DNA from: Okamejei kenojei | Lineage: Eukaryota | Direction: 5' to 3' | NCBI GenBank assembly: GCA_035221665.1 | Contig: CM069131.1 | Coordinates: forward strand, 38,440,001 to 38,504,000 | Length of the DNA: 64,000 bases | In this document: positions 38,698 through 51,519 of the stretch, piece after piece | Layout of the letters: every line of letters begins with the position of its first letter | How positions within the stretch are numbered: position 1 is the stretch's first letter | The notes under the pieces: model-generated | The model's database searches: none | The model's input: only the letters and a program-made list of their open reading frames with translations | What the model was told of the DNA's origin: nothing | Made by a program: the position numbers and the translations under genes

Positions 38698-41244
38698 TTT
38701 CATATCGGGATATTACGAATGAACCCGATAATTTCTTGGTTAGTATATTGTCCGTAAATAGGACGATAAACACTCTGAGCCCTATTATTGGCTCTATCAA
38801 TTAGATACTCAGAAAAAATGCAATCCACAAGGAACTCACATATATCTAATATGACAAATAACTTTACTGTATACACAGACTTCCAATTTCTTATAAAAAA
38901 TATTGTTTTTTTAAACTTATTTCTGCAAATTGCAGGTATAACACTTCTTTATACACAATTATTTTATGTTATGTTGTTATATTAGTTAAACATTCATAGA
39001 CTTCTTTGACCATCAAACTGTTGTAATGGTCTGGTCAACCTGCAGATAGTCAAATTCATATTTTCATGTCATGGATGCCTTTGTACAACAATAAATTACT
39101 GCAACTATGAATCATCACAAGTGGTTCAACATCACTCAATATTTATGAAAACCATGAAGGATCCGTTTTGGGCCACCAAAATGCCTCTGGCAGTGTCCTG
39201 CTACATTTTCATCAGACACTGCCCTATCAGACACTGCCCTATCAGACAAAAATGAGGAACATAACAGAACATTTTTCCTCATGTAATTGAGAGAAAAGCA
39301 TCCACCTTCCCTGTTCTTAGTTTACCCATGAGAACATTTGAAAGATCGGTGATTTAATTTGTATACAACCAGATTAATCGTAAGTAATCCATATTAATGA
39401 CAATGTATTTTCCCCTCTTAATTTGTTGTCTGCGATAACATTGCCTCTTTCTTAGAGATAAACAGCTGGACTAAAACATTTTAGAATATGCCATATCTGT
39501 TTACTCAGATAATCACATGATTATTATTTTACTTATCTTATGTGATTTAATATATGCCACAGCCATGGTATTGTTCACCTTGATATGACATGGACACTTC
39601 CATAATAGAACAATCGATATTTAATCCATAACTCCTTATACTTCAATAATTAATACAAATGTTTGGAGAAATTTCTTAGGACAATCCATTTGCAATTACC
39701 TGGTATTATTGCCCGTAGTCCCAACAAGAGACGTATCAATTATTTTTATAAGAATAGATAATATTCTTATCTTACCCAAATATTCACAGAAGCTGTCCAT
39801 CATCTGTTAATACTTGCTTCAGCTTGCAACAGCTGCTAAGCTTATAGTTGAAGCAGCTTGTGAACCTTTTTTATCCATTACTTTAATAATGATAATATAT
39901 CATTTGGTATTTGTATAAGCCTCTCACAAAGGCATACATATTCTTATAAGCTTCTGTATTCCTTCTTTTGGAGCTTTATTTACTCTTTACCTAGGCTCCT
40001 TTTCTAATGGAGGGACAAAGTATGTCAACAAAGCAATGAGACATATTTGTATCATGGAACAATTTTCCATCTCTTATGGTGCTGAATTACTCCTAAATCC
40101 AGAACAGTAATTTATGAATATTTATGCATGCCTAAAACATAGACTTTATGTGATGGGTCAGGTCCTTGCCTTTCAACAGGCTTGTAATTGCAGCACTAAT
40201 TTGCAGCTGACTCTTTATAACCTTCCAATTTAAATGTGATCAAGATAAACCATGACCATGTCCTCATTAGTGCAAGTGCTGATCTTTTTATCAGTACAAT
40301 TGTTCTTCCAGTATTCTGTTTAACAGCCTTGAACTGGTTTTATTCCTTTAGACAATGTTTTGACTTGCACCGCTTGACCCATTTCAATTAATTTCAAGCA
40401 CCTGTAATATTTGATTAACAATTTGTTAATAACAACTATATTTCAATGTTGAAGATGTTTCCATTTTAATAAAATATTCTTACACTGTGAAAGTGTATAT
40501 AAAATGATGTTTTGTATGGTTTATACCATCACATCTTTACACTGAGGTAATTTTATAATATATATGTACATACCCCTTCTTTATTGGAGTTACTTTGGGT
40601 GCAAACCTAAAATCATTTTTTTTAGGTTTTCTTATACAGGTGAACCAATCCCTTCTACAATTTTTTGTAGTCCTTAGTTATATTAAATTAATGATCATAA
40701 TACACCTGTAATCCCCCACATCGGAGATTTCATGAACTTATTTTGTAACAAGTTGTTTGCATCTCTTCAACGTACTTCAAGCCTTCTTTTCACAATTATA
40801 TGGGTTCGGATAAGGCTATGTTGGATTATATTTATTTATCATACTTCTGCCTTTGTTTTGATCCATTATTAAATCTTTATATTGGATCATAATTTTTCCA
40901 TAGTCTGTTTTTTTGTAACCAATATTTTTGATTTATCATAAGGCAGGTTTTATTCCTTAATAATCAAGAGTTTAACATAACCTGATTTGTATTGATCTGC
41001 AAATCTAGAGTGCAGATTTGGTCCCTATAAAATTTCCCATTGAGCTCCACAAACTGATGGCAATTTATTTTTATTTTAAATGTATTGGTTATTTGCACAA
41101 TGTTTTATTTGTTTTCCATTGAATAGTAATGCCATGCACCAGTTTGAAATACTTTGAAATCGTATTTCCTTATATCTCATATAATTGAGACATGGCTATC
41201 ATAAACGGATTCACCGTTAATATAATTATAAAACATAAAGGTTT

Positions 41245-41560
41245 TATCATATTCTGCTGTTTCAACCATAACAGCTTTGGTGAGACCAATTAATTTTTAG
41301 TTTCCATGTTTTACTTTTCATGGCCTCACTCATTCATTCGGGTATCGTACCTAGTACACCTCTATATATATTTTGTGCTGAAGTGTACTTGAATAAAACA
41401 TAAAAGTTTTATTATTATTCTGCTGTTTTAACCATAACAGCTTTAGTGAGAGACCAAATAAGTTTGGTTTCCATGGTTATTTTCCATGGCCTCAGCTTTA
41501 GTGAGAGACCAACTAATTTTGGTTTCCATGGTTATTTTCCATGGCCTCACTTCTTATTCA
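41245..41560. repeat. Imperfect tandem duplications inside DIRS copy C
   Basis: cagcttt(g/a)gtgag(ag)accaa..tttccatg..catggcctca occurs three times (~41272, 41440, 41492). Confidence 0.8.
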
Positions 41561-43904
41561 GGTGTTGTACTGTGACTACCTGTGACAGAGACTACCTTCA
41601 AACATATCTGAGGTAGATATTCCCACAAAATTTCATCATATATATTAATATATGAAACCCCCTTAGGGTAGGTTAGGGAATGTTTTTGGGCCTTTTAACC
41701 CTTTTTGGCTTGAATTCTTTATTTATTTTATTTTTTATTTTTTTGGAATCTTTTTTCCATTATTTTTCAAGCCATAAAGCTTTTATTAGTCTGAAGGCCT
41801 TTTATTGAACTTTTTAAATTATGGCCTTTCTGACTTTATAAAATTCCCCCCCCCCCCCTGCCAAAAGTTTGTGGAGCGACTAAAAAGTCTTCCTAACGTA
41901 ATTTTGACGGCCACCGGTATCGGAACCGGCTCCGTAATCTCCCGTCCCGATCGCTTCCCTTAGGACGTTCTTTTAAAACTCCGTTGTTTATTTTATATAG
42001 AGTATTTCCTTTTATTTTAACATTTACTTATTTTTTACTTTTAAATTAGTTTTAAATCCTGGTGGTTCAATACCAGCCACGGAGTTTTTTAGACCCTGAA
42101 AGTGTTTTCCACTGCACTTACCTACCGCTGTCGAGGAGCTGCCTCTTTAGCTCATGCTCTGCCGTCAGCGTCGACATAATGCCGTTCCAGCGCCAGGCAG
42201 GGCTTCTTCACGTAGTCACTCACGTGACTCTGAAGTAAAATGGATCAGGTCATCAGCAGCAAAACCAGACACGGATCAAATCAGTAATACTGTTTGATCT
42301 ACACTCTCACCTATGTCCCAACTGGGTATGTCCTCATTCTGAGAAACAATTATTATTTCATGTAATACAACATGATCTTATGACTACTAGTAACAATTTC
42401 TAACTGGTTAGAAATTCGTCAATGGGTGTTCTCACACATCAAATCAGTATTGTGTGGTCCTGCTCGATGGTCTGACACACCATGCCAAAAGCATCTTGCA
42501 CGCTTAAGTTTCCTCTACAATTTGAGGCACGTAAGCCGTTGCAATCATAAAAAATACTCAATTAGTCAGTGCTTGTATTTCCAGTGATATGTTTTCACTC
42601 AGTGCCTTAATATGTTTCACGATACAATACATTTCCAGGTTTATGCATTCTAATATAAATATTTGGCATTCAACCAGGAGGCTTAGGCTGATGTTTAATT
42701 CAGTACTTAGGGCATATTTACATAGGCATTTTAACAATGGTCGGTTTCATGTTATCACAGACAGTTATCACATCCAATGAAGGAGTTTGAGATTGCCTGT
42801 ATTATAAATTCAAATAACTGAAAATCTAAATTAAGTGATTCACAATTGCTCAGGATGGCACAATTCGTGATACCATTATTACCAATGTAACTATTTGGGC
42901 CTTGTATGACCATTGCAAGCTGACTTCCAGGATCCTCAAAAAGTCAATTGCAAAGTGTACAGCGAGCATAATGGTGAATTGGGGGATTGAGAGCGGTAAA
43001 ACCTAGAGCTTACCATCTGCACCGATTTTACAGATCTCAGTGCCTTAAAACACTTCTTTTAATAAAAATGACACATTCACCATATTCTTTTTTTGGAAAC
43101 ATTTGGAAGTTCTTTGTATTGGTAATATGAATCACATAATCCACCTTGGATTAAATACATGGGAGAGAAGAATGGCAGGTTTTGCCCAGTTTATGAACCC
43201 ATAACAGTCATAGCAGCTCCAAATTTTAGTGGTTTACTTTGTTTCTGAAGCATTTTGTATGCTGTTTCCCTAAAATCCTATTAAAGAAAACTCCATGTAT
43301 GGGATAAACCTATCATAACGGCATAACAACTGTTTAAAGAGCCCTATTCTGACACTAACCAGAACTGTGTTTTACAGGCACCTGTGGTTTCTCAAGTTTC
43401 TTCTACAAGCCAAACAGCTAGCCCAAAAATACTTCTGGGGGCCACAAATTTAAAGGCAAATGTTCTCTTTTTAAGTTACTTTATTGTAGGGCTGAGAATT
43501 AATTTGACAACCTGCAATTGCTACACCAACTCTCTTGGCAAATTCACTTTTGCTAACTTATAGCAATGACTGGTAGGTCTCTTCTGCTATCACAAATTTT
43601 CGAGCTGATCAACTACAAAAGAAAACACAATATGCAACTAGGATCTATGTTCCACAGGGTTACATCAGTAGGACGCACATTGAAAGGAGTTTTGAGCCTG
43701 GAGTTTCTCACACATACTCAAGAACATTGGGCATGTCTTGTCTAAATATATTTCTCCTCCAGCTTTGCCTTAGTGAGAGTAAGCATTTCAGCAATGGAAT
43801 CGATAGTGCCTGATCTGGTCTTCCACCCATACCCATTCTCTGCACTCACCTCTCTAGCATTCCTATAGTCACACTTAACCTTTTACAATTTTAGAGACTT
43901 TCCG

Positions 43905-44142
43905 GTAGTTTAGACTTTAGAGATACCATTAACCTACACTCTAGGGACAATTTATATCAACATCAATTAATCACCAAACCTGTACGTTATTGGCGTGTGG
44001 GAGGAAACCAGAGCATCTGGAAAATAACCCACAGGCTCACAGGAAGAATGTATAAACTCTGTACAGACAGCAACCATAGTCAAAATTGAACTGTCTCTGG
44101 CGCTGTAAGGCAGCAATTCTACCACTGTACCACTGTGCTGCT
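43905..44142 (-). mobile_element. HE1/V-SINE-like SINE
   Basis: tRNA-like head (RC gcagcacagtggtacagtggtagaattgctgccttacagcgccag), V-domain and (TCTAAA)n tail. Confidence 0.8.
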
Positions 44143-44144
44143 CT

Positions 44145-47100
44145 ATTTTACTTCGGAGTCACGTGAGTGACTTCGTGAAGACCCCGCCAGCACGCATGCG
44201 CGACATATCGTCGCTCGCATTGCTACCGACATGCTGGGGGGGGGGGGGGGGGGGAGTGCGCTCTCTCCACAGCTCCTTCAACGCCAGGGAATGGTAAATT
44301 CAACTCACCTTATGCTGGTTTGCAGGTAGGAGTCCTTCTGTTTCTCCCTGCAGGTGGAAGGAAATGGGAACGGTAACCTTTCGAAGCACCGCTGGACTTC
44401 TGGTCAGCGGGTCCTTTCTCCGGAGCTGTTCGCAACACCGGCGGCGTCCGGGAAACGGCCCGGTGACAAGGTGCGGAAGTCGGGCGCGTTTGTTCCTCCA
44501 GCGCCCGACTCGTCTCCAGAGGCGGCCGCACAGGTGCAGGGTTTCGGAAACCCTGACTTCGTGTCTCCGTCCCCTGGGAGGGGGGGGGAGCAAGCAGGCG
44601 CGTGAAGTAACTTGCGCCCCGGCGACGGCTACACCTTTTTTTTACAGGTCCCGCGAGGGCCGAGGGGGGGAAGCCCGTGCCGACATCGAGCCCCGCAGTT
44701 GCAGCAGGACTCGTGAAGCTACCGGGGTCTCCCGACTTAGAGCGGGCCAGTAGAGCTGCTGCGGAGTCGAGCAGCCCTGCAGGAGCAAGTGCTGCCCGCA
44801 TCACACCGGGGTCTGCTCGTGAGCAAGCTGGTGGCAGCCACATCCGGTTGCACAGTTTGCCTGGGGCTGCTGCCGACCATGCACCCCTACCGAGACATAA
44901 TATCAGAGGTCGGGGTAAGCCTGCACAGACACCGGGGAGCCAGGCGCCGGGGGTCGGCACCGACTCTTATCCACTGCCTTCCCACCAGGCACGGGGACCG
45001 CCACAGTCCGCTCATGGGCGGACTAGCGGAGAGTCTGTGCGGGAGTCGTACGGGCCTGCAGGAGCAGGTGTTGACGACCTCCTGCCACCAGATCACTTTC
45101 CGCCTTTCATGGGGGTACGATCTGCTGGTAGAAGCCCCAGCAACATTGCAGAGCCTGGGGAGGTCGGCTTGTCGGCTACGTGCAGTAGCGACGGTCGCAT
45201 GGACCGGTTGGAGCAAATGGAGGAGCACCTCGTTCAACAAGAACAGGACCGGGAAGAACGTTGGTCCCGGGCATCGGCTCCCACGGCCGTCGGCCGCCGA
45301 GTATCTCACTTTCCTCCGTTGGGACTGCCAGGGGTCTGGAACACGTCAAATTCAATGCAGCGCCAGCCATGCCGGAGGTCGATAATCCAGAGGTGGATGA
45401 GGACCTACTGGATGTCGTGGGTAAATTTCCGACTGCACCTCCTTAGGGAGGGCCTCTACATGCCAAACTGGCAGGAACGATTAACTTTCTCACTTCCCAC
45501 CAGCTACCGGCACGTGTCCTTGGTGACGCCATGGATAAGTTCAAGCCACCGGAGAATTGTGTTAATCTCAATGTTCACTTGGTCAATGCTCACATTTGGG
45601 GGAATTTGAGCGACACTGCCAGAGCACAGGGTGCACGCCTCCAACAAATCCTGAAACTCCTCTCAACGGGAATCATGGCATACGCCAGGACCCTCGATGG
45701 GGAGACCGTGTCTAGTGAGCAGCAGGATGCTCTAGCTTTACTCTGCAATGCCCAGTTTGAGATTCATTGTCTCAGGAAAAGCTCCATCCGGCCCACGCTC
45801 AACCCTAAATTTGCAGGGTTGTGCCGCTCCTCCACCACTCCACCACCACATCAGCTGTTCGGGGCAGACCTGCCTAACAAGGCACCAGCGATGGACGAGG
45901 TAGCAAAAGCCGTCAGCCTCATGAAGCCGCCTTCATCCCGGGCTTACGCCTGTCGGCAACCACAGTTTACCGCTTGGAAACCTCGCCCACCGGACAGGGC
46001 ACCTCGGACCAATCCACCGCCTGGGAAATGCGGCCTCCACCTCGTCAAGCCACACCACGTTCCCCCAAACCACCGTACACCAGGACCCGCCGTTGCCCTT
46101 GGGGGTCTGGTTCTCCTAAGCCAGTAGCTATGGTACCCTCACAAGTAGGGGGACGGTTGCGGGCTTTCAGTGGTGCCTGGGATAGCATAACTACCGACTG
46201 TTTTATTTTACAAACTGTTCGGGGTTATGTAATAGAGTTCATTAACGGTCACCTTCCCCCTACTCAGCATGTCCCTCATCGCACCTTTGCGCTCTCTCCA
46301 AAAGAGATCGAGCAAGGACATGCAGAAAACTTTACGGCTCACAGCCAAAGGGGTGATAGGGAAGACGACGCATGAACCCATTGAGTTTGTGTCCACCATC
46401 TTTACTAAATACGATATACCCATTTCAAAATGGACCCTTTCGAAATCGCTAAGCAGCTTCTGTCTCCAGGGTACTTTATGGCTTGCATCGATCGCAAAGA
46501 TGCATACAGTCCCCATCATAGAATCCCATAGGAAATTCTTGACATTTGTCTGGAAGGGGCAGTTATGGCAATATGAAGCTTCACCCAATGGCTTCACCAC
46601 AGCCCTGGGCTGTTTATCAAAATAGTCAAACCGATTCTGGCTATCCTACGGCGACAGCATTATATCGTCATGGCTTACCTAGACAATCTCCTTATCGTGA
46701 GTCCAACCCTCCAATTGGCTGAGCTGGCAGTTACAGCAAGACGTTAGGGTTTGTTACCCATCCAGACAAATCAAAATTGGCCCAATCTCAAATCATGGCC
46801 TATCTGGGCTTCACTGTTGACACGACCCGAATGATAGTCACTATCCCACCCAGCAAAGCATCTGATATAAAAGATGCATGTACCAGCCTTGCTTGCGCCA
46901 GGGTGCCGACCAGGGTGCTAAGGTGATTGGGAAACCGGTAGCCACATTTCCAGCTGCACAATTCGGCCCACTGAACTATAAACGTTACAATGGGCAAAGA
47001 TCTCCGCATTGAAAGCCAATGCTGGGCACTTTGACAGGCCAATACGGCTACCAATTAAGGCTAAATCTGAGCTACAGTGGTGGGTTGACAATATTAGTGC

Positions 47101-49268
47101 GTGTTACAAACCCCTGCTTGTTAGCAACCCATCAGTGGTGTTACAAACTGATGCAAGCGCCCAAGGCTGGGGTGTGACTGACACCACGTCTAGTTGTGGT
47201 GGCAGATGGGATCCTCAAGAGTCTACCCTCCTTCAGCCGCACGGGATCAATTCTTTGGAGCTGCTAGGGGCTTTCCGTGGTCTGCGGGCATACTGCCCCA
47301 ATTTACATCATTTACATGTCCGTCTTCCACTAGATAATACCACGGTGGTGGCTTGTATAAATCATATGGGTGGTACCAGGTCGTTATCTTGTGACAAATT
47401 GGCAAACACAATTTGGCACTGGTGTATTGAAAGAAATATTTGGCTCACAGCGACCTATTTACCAGGGAAGCTCAACACAGTGGCAGACACCAGGTCCTGT
47501 GTGTTTAATGATAACATCGAGTGGATGTTGGACCCCCACATATTTGCACAAATTATAGCTCATTTTGGTACACCAGATATCGACCTCTTTTGCGTACAGG
47601 TTGAGCCATCAGATACCAACGGATGTGTCTTGGGAACCAGACCCTGGGGCAGAGGCTATGGATGCGTTTTCACTCCGTTGGGGGAAATGGTTCTGCTACA
47701 CATTTCCCCCATTCTGCCTCATCAGTCAGGTATTGCGGACAATACAACTGGATTCTGCTTCTGACATGTTGCTCATACCCGATTGGCCTACACAGCCATG
47801 GTACCAGGTGGTTCTCCACATAATCACACGTCCATGGGGTCGAATTGTTTAACACCCCACTTTACTCACTAACTCCATTAAGGGGGACAGTCACCCGTGC
47901 CAATGTCACTTAAACCTGTTGGCTTGCAGGTTCTGAAGAGGCCGCTCATGGAGGCCAGCATATCATTTCTGCATCGTGCAGAGTATCAACCCGGCAGGAG
48001 TGCCTCTCCCAGATCAGGAAGTGGGAGGCCTACTGCTCCCGAACACATACCACCGACAACTCTGCCACGATCCCTGACGTCCTGGAATTCCTAGCGGGCC
48101 TTCATTACGATGAGGGTCTCAGCTACAGTGCCATCAACAGCGCCAGGAGTGCGCTCTCCTCATACCTGAATATAGGTGTGGGCACGCACCATCTGGTGAC
48201 CAAATTCGTGAGGGGAGTGTTCAACACCAACCCTCCTCGACCCCGATACAACATCACTTGGGATGTGGGTGTAGTACTTACACTACTGAGAAGCTGGTCC
48301 CCTATGACAGGACTACCTCTTGACAAGCTCACCCTTAAAGTGGTGATGCTGCTGGCACTGACTTCAGCTCAACGAGTCCAGGCCTTGCAGAAGCTTCGGC
48401 TGGACAGGATGGTCACGACTCCTGCAAAGGTGAATTTCTTTGTGAAGGACCTGCTGAAGCACTATAGGCCTGGGTCTTCTAGGCTGCAGTTGGAATTCCG
48501 GGTGTACCCCACTGATGCCACCCTCTGCATAGCCACCCATCTCCGCTATTACATCCGTACAACCAGAACCATCCGGAAGATGGAGCAGGGGCTCCTCATC
48601 AGCCACAAACAACCACATCATCAGGTGACTGTGCAGACCATCGCCAGGTGGCTCAGGGTGGTGTTGGGTGACGCTGGTATTGCTACTAACTTTTTAATTC
48701 TCACTCTACCAGGGCTGCATCCCCATCAGCGGCGAGGGCCATGGAGATGCCCATGGACCACATCCTCGCCACCGCGGGCTGGGCCAGTGACACGACTGTC
48801 CAGAGCTTTCCACTAAACCGGTGGTCACACCCCGCTACATTCGCGGATGCCGTGCTGCGAGACGCTCCGTGAATGTTTACTCTCCGAGTATGGGTTTTGC
48901 TTTGTTTTTCTTTGTTTTAATAACTCTGCATTATTTTTCAGCCTGTTCAGTCTGGAATACATTAACAAACTTCCTCCATCAGTATTGCGGCAGTGTGATA
49001 GCATGGACGTTGTCCAGGGTGTGCAATCACAGAAGCAGGGATTTTGTGCCCTCCGCTCCCAACCCTCTCTCATAAGGTCAACTGGTATGTTCTACTTGGT
49101 TCAATCTTACTATCTCCTTCCATGATATGTTCTGTGATTCCACACCGCTGCTTTGAAGAATGTCGCGCATGCGTGCTGGCGGGGTCTTCATGAAATCCCT
49201 CATCGGAACTCCTCATAAAATAAAGATCAACCTTCAAACTTGGTAAGTTCTCGTTTAATCTTACTTTT
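44145..49268 (+). mobile_element. DIRS1-type retrotransposon (copy D, ~5.1 kb; gag-like ORF1, RT/RNaseH/MT-like, YR; ICR deleted)
   Basis: ITRs at 44172-44206 and 49160-49194. ORF1 PPENC..VNAHIW..LRKSSIRPTLN..LFG (45531-46127). Pol VGGRL, YLD, LQTDAS..GWG, DNTTVVA.INH.GG, YLPGKLNTVAD; MT-like WEPDP..DAFS..FPPF..PDWPTQPWY. YR GLSYSAINSARSALS, LTLKVVMLLALTSAQRV, HSTRAA (frameshifted). Confidence 0.94.
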
Positions 49269-49284
49269 TTTTGCATAGAGCTTT

Positions 49285-49650
49285 TCAGTTTAGTTTAGAT
49301 TTTTAGTTTAGTTTACAGATAGAGGCCCTTTGTTTATAGACCGTTTCCAGATCGAGGCCCTTACAGAAACAGGCCCTTTGAATCCACGCTGACCTGCGAT
49401 CTCCGCAAATTAACATCATCCTATACACACTAGGGACAATTTAACACATACACCAAGCCAATTAACCTACAAACCTGTACGTCTTTGGAGAGTGGGAGGA
49501 AACCGAAGACTTTGGAGAAAACCCACGTTGTCACGTGGAGAACGTACAAACTCTGTACAGACAGCACACATAGTCGGGATCAAACTCGGGTCTCTGGCGC
49601 TGCAAGCACTGTACGGCAGCAACTCTACTGCTGTGCCACCATGCCACCCT
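49285..49650 (-). mobile_element. HE1/V-SINE-like SINE
   Basis: (TTTAG)n tail, CR1-derived 3' part, V-domain and tRNA-like head. Confidence 0.82.
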
Positions 49651-49929
49651 CAAATAGAAATAAAAATCATTTGGGATCAGTTAATTCGGAAACCTAGTGT
49701 CCTTGTCTGACCAAAGAAAATGAGATGCATGACCTCAGATAGTGGGTCCTGGCTCTTTGCATGCACAATACCAGGAGAGCCTTTTCACATGTCAACAGCA
49801 GGCTCTTTAACCACTTTTCAATGTTGCTAGCCTTCAAAGACATTCAAAACAATTCAAATAAATGTACGCCATTCTAGAATTAAAATCAATACATTTGCTT
49901 AAAATACTTTAAACAAATATTAGAACAAT

Positions 49930-50173
49930 TTCACACAGAGAGTGGTGAGTCTCTGGAACGCTCTGCCACAGAGGGTAGTTGAGGCCAGTTCATTGGCTAT
50001 ATTTAAGAGTGAGTTGGATGTGGCCCTTGTGGCTAAGGGGATCAGAGGGTATGGAGAGAAGGCAGGTACGGGATACTGAGTTGGATGATCAGCCATGATC
50101 ATATTGAATGGCGGTGCAGGCTCGAAGGGCTCAATGGCCTACTCCTGCACCTAATTTCTATGTTTCTATGTTT
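49930..50173 (+). mobile_element. Young CR1 3' end
   Basis: Almost identical (inverted) to 30910-31155; the spurious ORFs 49920-50102 and 30983-31180 are nearly identical. Confidence 0.9.
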
Positions 50174-50364
50174 CAACAATTAATGATGGAGGGGAATCAA
50201 GAAAGATAAACCATTTACCGGAATCCTATTCAAGGTCAGTGACCCCATTCAAATAATGTATGCCAGTCCTGGCTGGTTAAAAGTTGAAATGCTGAATTGA
50301 AATAACAATGGTGTGTGCTGCAGTTCTGCCAGGCAGTCTAACCAGTCCTTAAAGGAACCAATGT

Positions 50365-50600
50365 GTGTAGAAAGGAACTGCTGATGCTGGTTTAAAATGA
50401 AGATAGACACAAAAAGCTGGAGTAACTCAGTGGGTCAGGCAGCATATCTGGACAAAAAGGAATAGGTAACAATTCGGCTTGAGACCCTTCTTCAGACTGA
50501 GAGTCAGGCGAAAGGGAAATGAGACATGTAGGCAGTGATATTGAGAGATATAGAACAAATGAATGAAAGATATGCAAAAAGGTAACAATGATAAAGGAAG
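50365..50600 (-). mobile_element. Penelope-like terminal fragment
   Basis: The reverse complement contains cagtctgaagaagggtctcaagccgaattg..tgctgcctgacccactgagttactccagc. Confidence 0.65.
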
Positions 50601-51151
50601 CGGTCTATTGTAATACAGGCAACTTGTAACGTGACCTGGGAACTGTTCATGCTTTTCTTGGTGGGTCAATGGGACTTAGCGGGACAACTGCTCGTGACCC
50701 TGCAAAGTAATCCAGTCCCAGAGATAACCTCAGGATTACCTTTGCCTTCCCACACATTGCACAGAAAGCTGTAGTCCTAGAATCAAAATCACTCGGGCAT
50801 CCTGTCAACAACATCAACAGTGGAAAGGAAGGGTGCAGCAAGTGGATTCTGGCAAAATATCTCCTATAACGCACTAATCCATTGCACCATCCAATCCGTT
50901 TTACTCTCATATATTTTATTTATTTTTTCTCCCTCAGAAGTAATTATGGCTTCATCACCGTTTTTCTCCTGCTGTGTTAAGCTTTGTAATTTATTCAGTT
51001 TGCCTCACCCCTAACTGATTTGGCACAGCATGATTTATCAAATTACTGAGCGAGCGCAGTAAGATATTTTTCTGAAGCATTCAAAATATTTTTTCAGTCC
51101 TTTACGTAAAGAGAATTTTTCAAAAAATTTCAAAATCCATTTCAGACTTAC

Positions 51152-51196
51152 TTTTCAGGATTTTCCACTTCTTCTGTGACAAAATTCATGTAAAAC
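51152..51196 (-). CDS. slc7a11: Cystine/glutamate transporter xCT, 45-nt exon (exon 6 equivalent): (W)FYMNFVTEEVENPE(K)
   Basis: AG acceptor at RC 51197-51198 and GTAAGT donor. The peptide matches xCT WFYLNFVTEEVENPEK and is phase-compatible with the 100-nt exon. Confidence 0.9.
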
Positions 51197-51519
51197 CTGA
51201 ACGAAACAGGAAAAAAGATAAAATATGAGTTTTAGCAGTTTCACCAGACTCATTCAACACAATTGCTTAACTTTTATTGGAAACATGGCAGTGAGTAATG
51301 CTGTAGAGGCTATTTAAATATCACCTGTGAAATATTGTACTTTTATAGTCTTATATTTAATTCTCGACATAATATCCAATCTTCCATGCTTGTCATCTTT
51401 CGTAGTTATGCCTTCACCTGTTATGATCCTACACTCTGTAGCTCGCCGAATTTCCTCCATCTCGCCACCTCCCTGCCCTCCCGTAAGCTACAAGCTTCCA
51501 GTCTTCCACCACTCCTTAG

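Larger units (their letters stand above)
37346..42241 (-). mobile_element. AT-rich, internally decayed DIRS1-type element with intact termini (copy C)
   Basis: 36-bp ITRs with 1 mismatch (37419-37454 vs 42179-42214) and an ICR at 37574-37686. Residual peptides LTLKVIMLMTLVST, ALLITHKKPH, NTMAVAYI and MVMVYLD. Contains the N gap. Confidence 0.88.

Noticed and set aside
37341-42245. TGGAT on both sides of DIRS copy C as a 5-bp TSD
   Set aside because: It overlaps the terminal AAT core. The reconstructed empty site (atggat-aat-ggat) is itself a short repeat, and the other copies show no TSD.
44677-45609. 310-aa ORF as a novel host gene
   Set aside because: It lies wholly inside DIRS copy D. 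It is GC-rich leader/ORF1 sequence broken by frameshifts.
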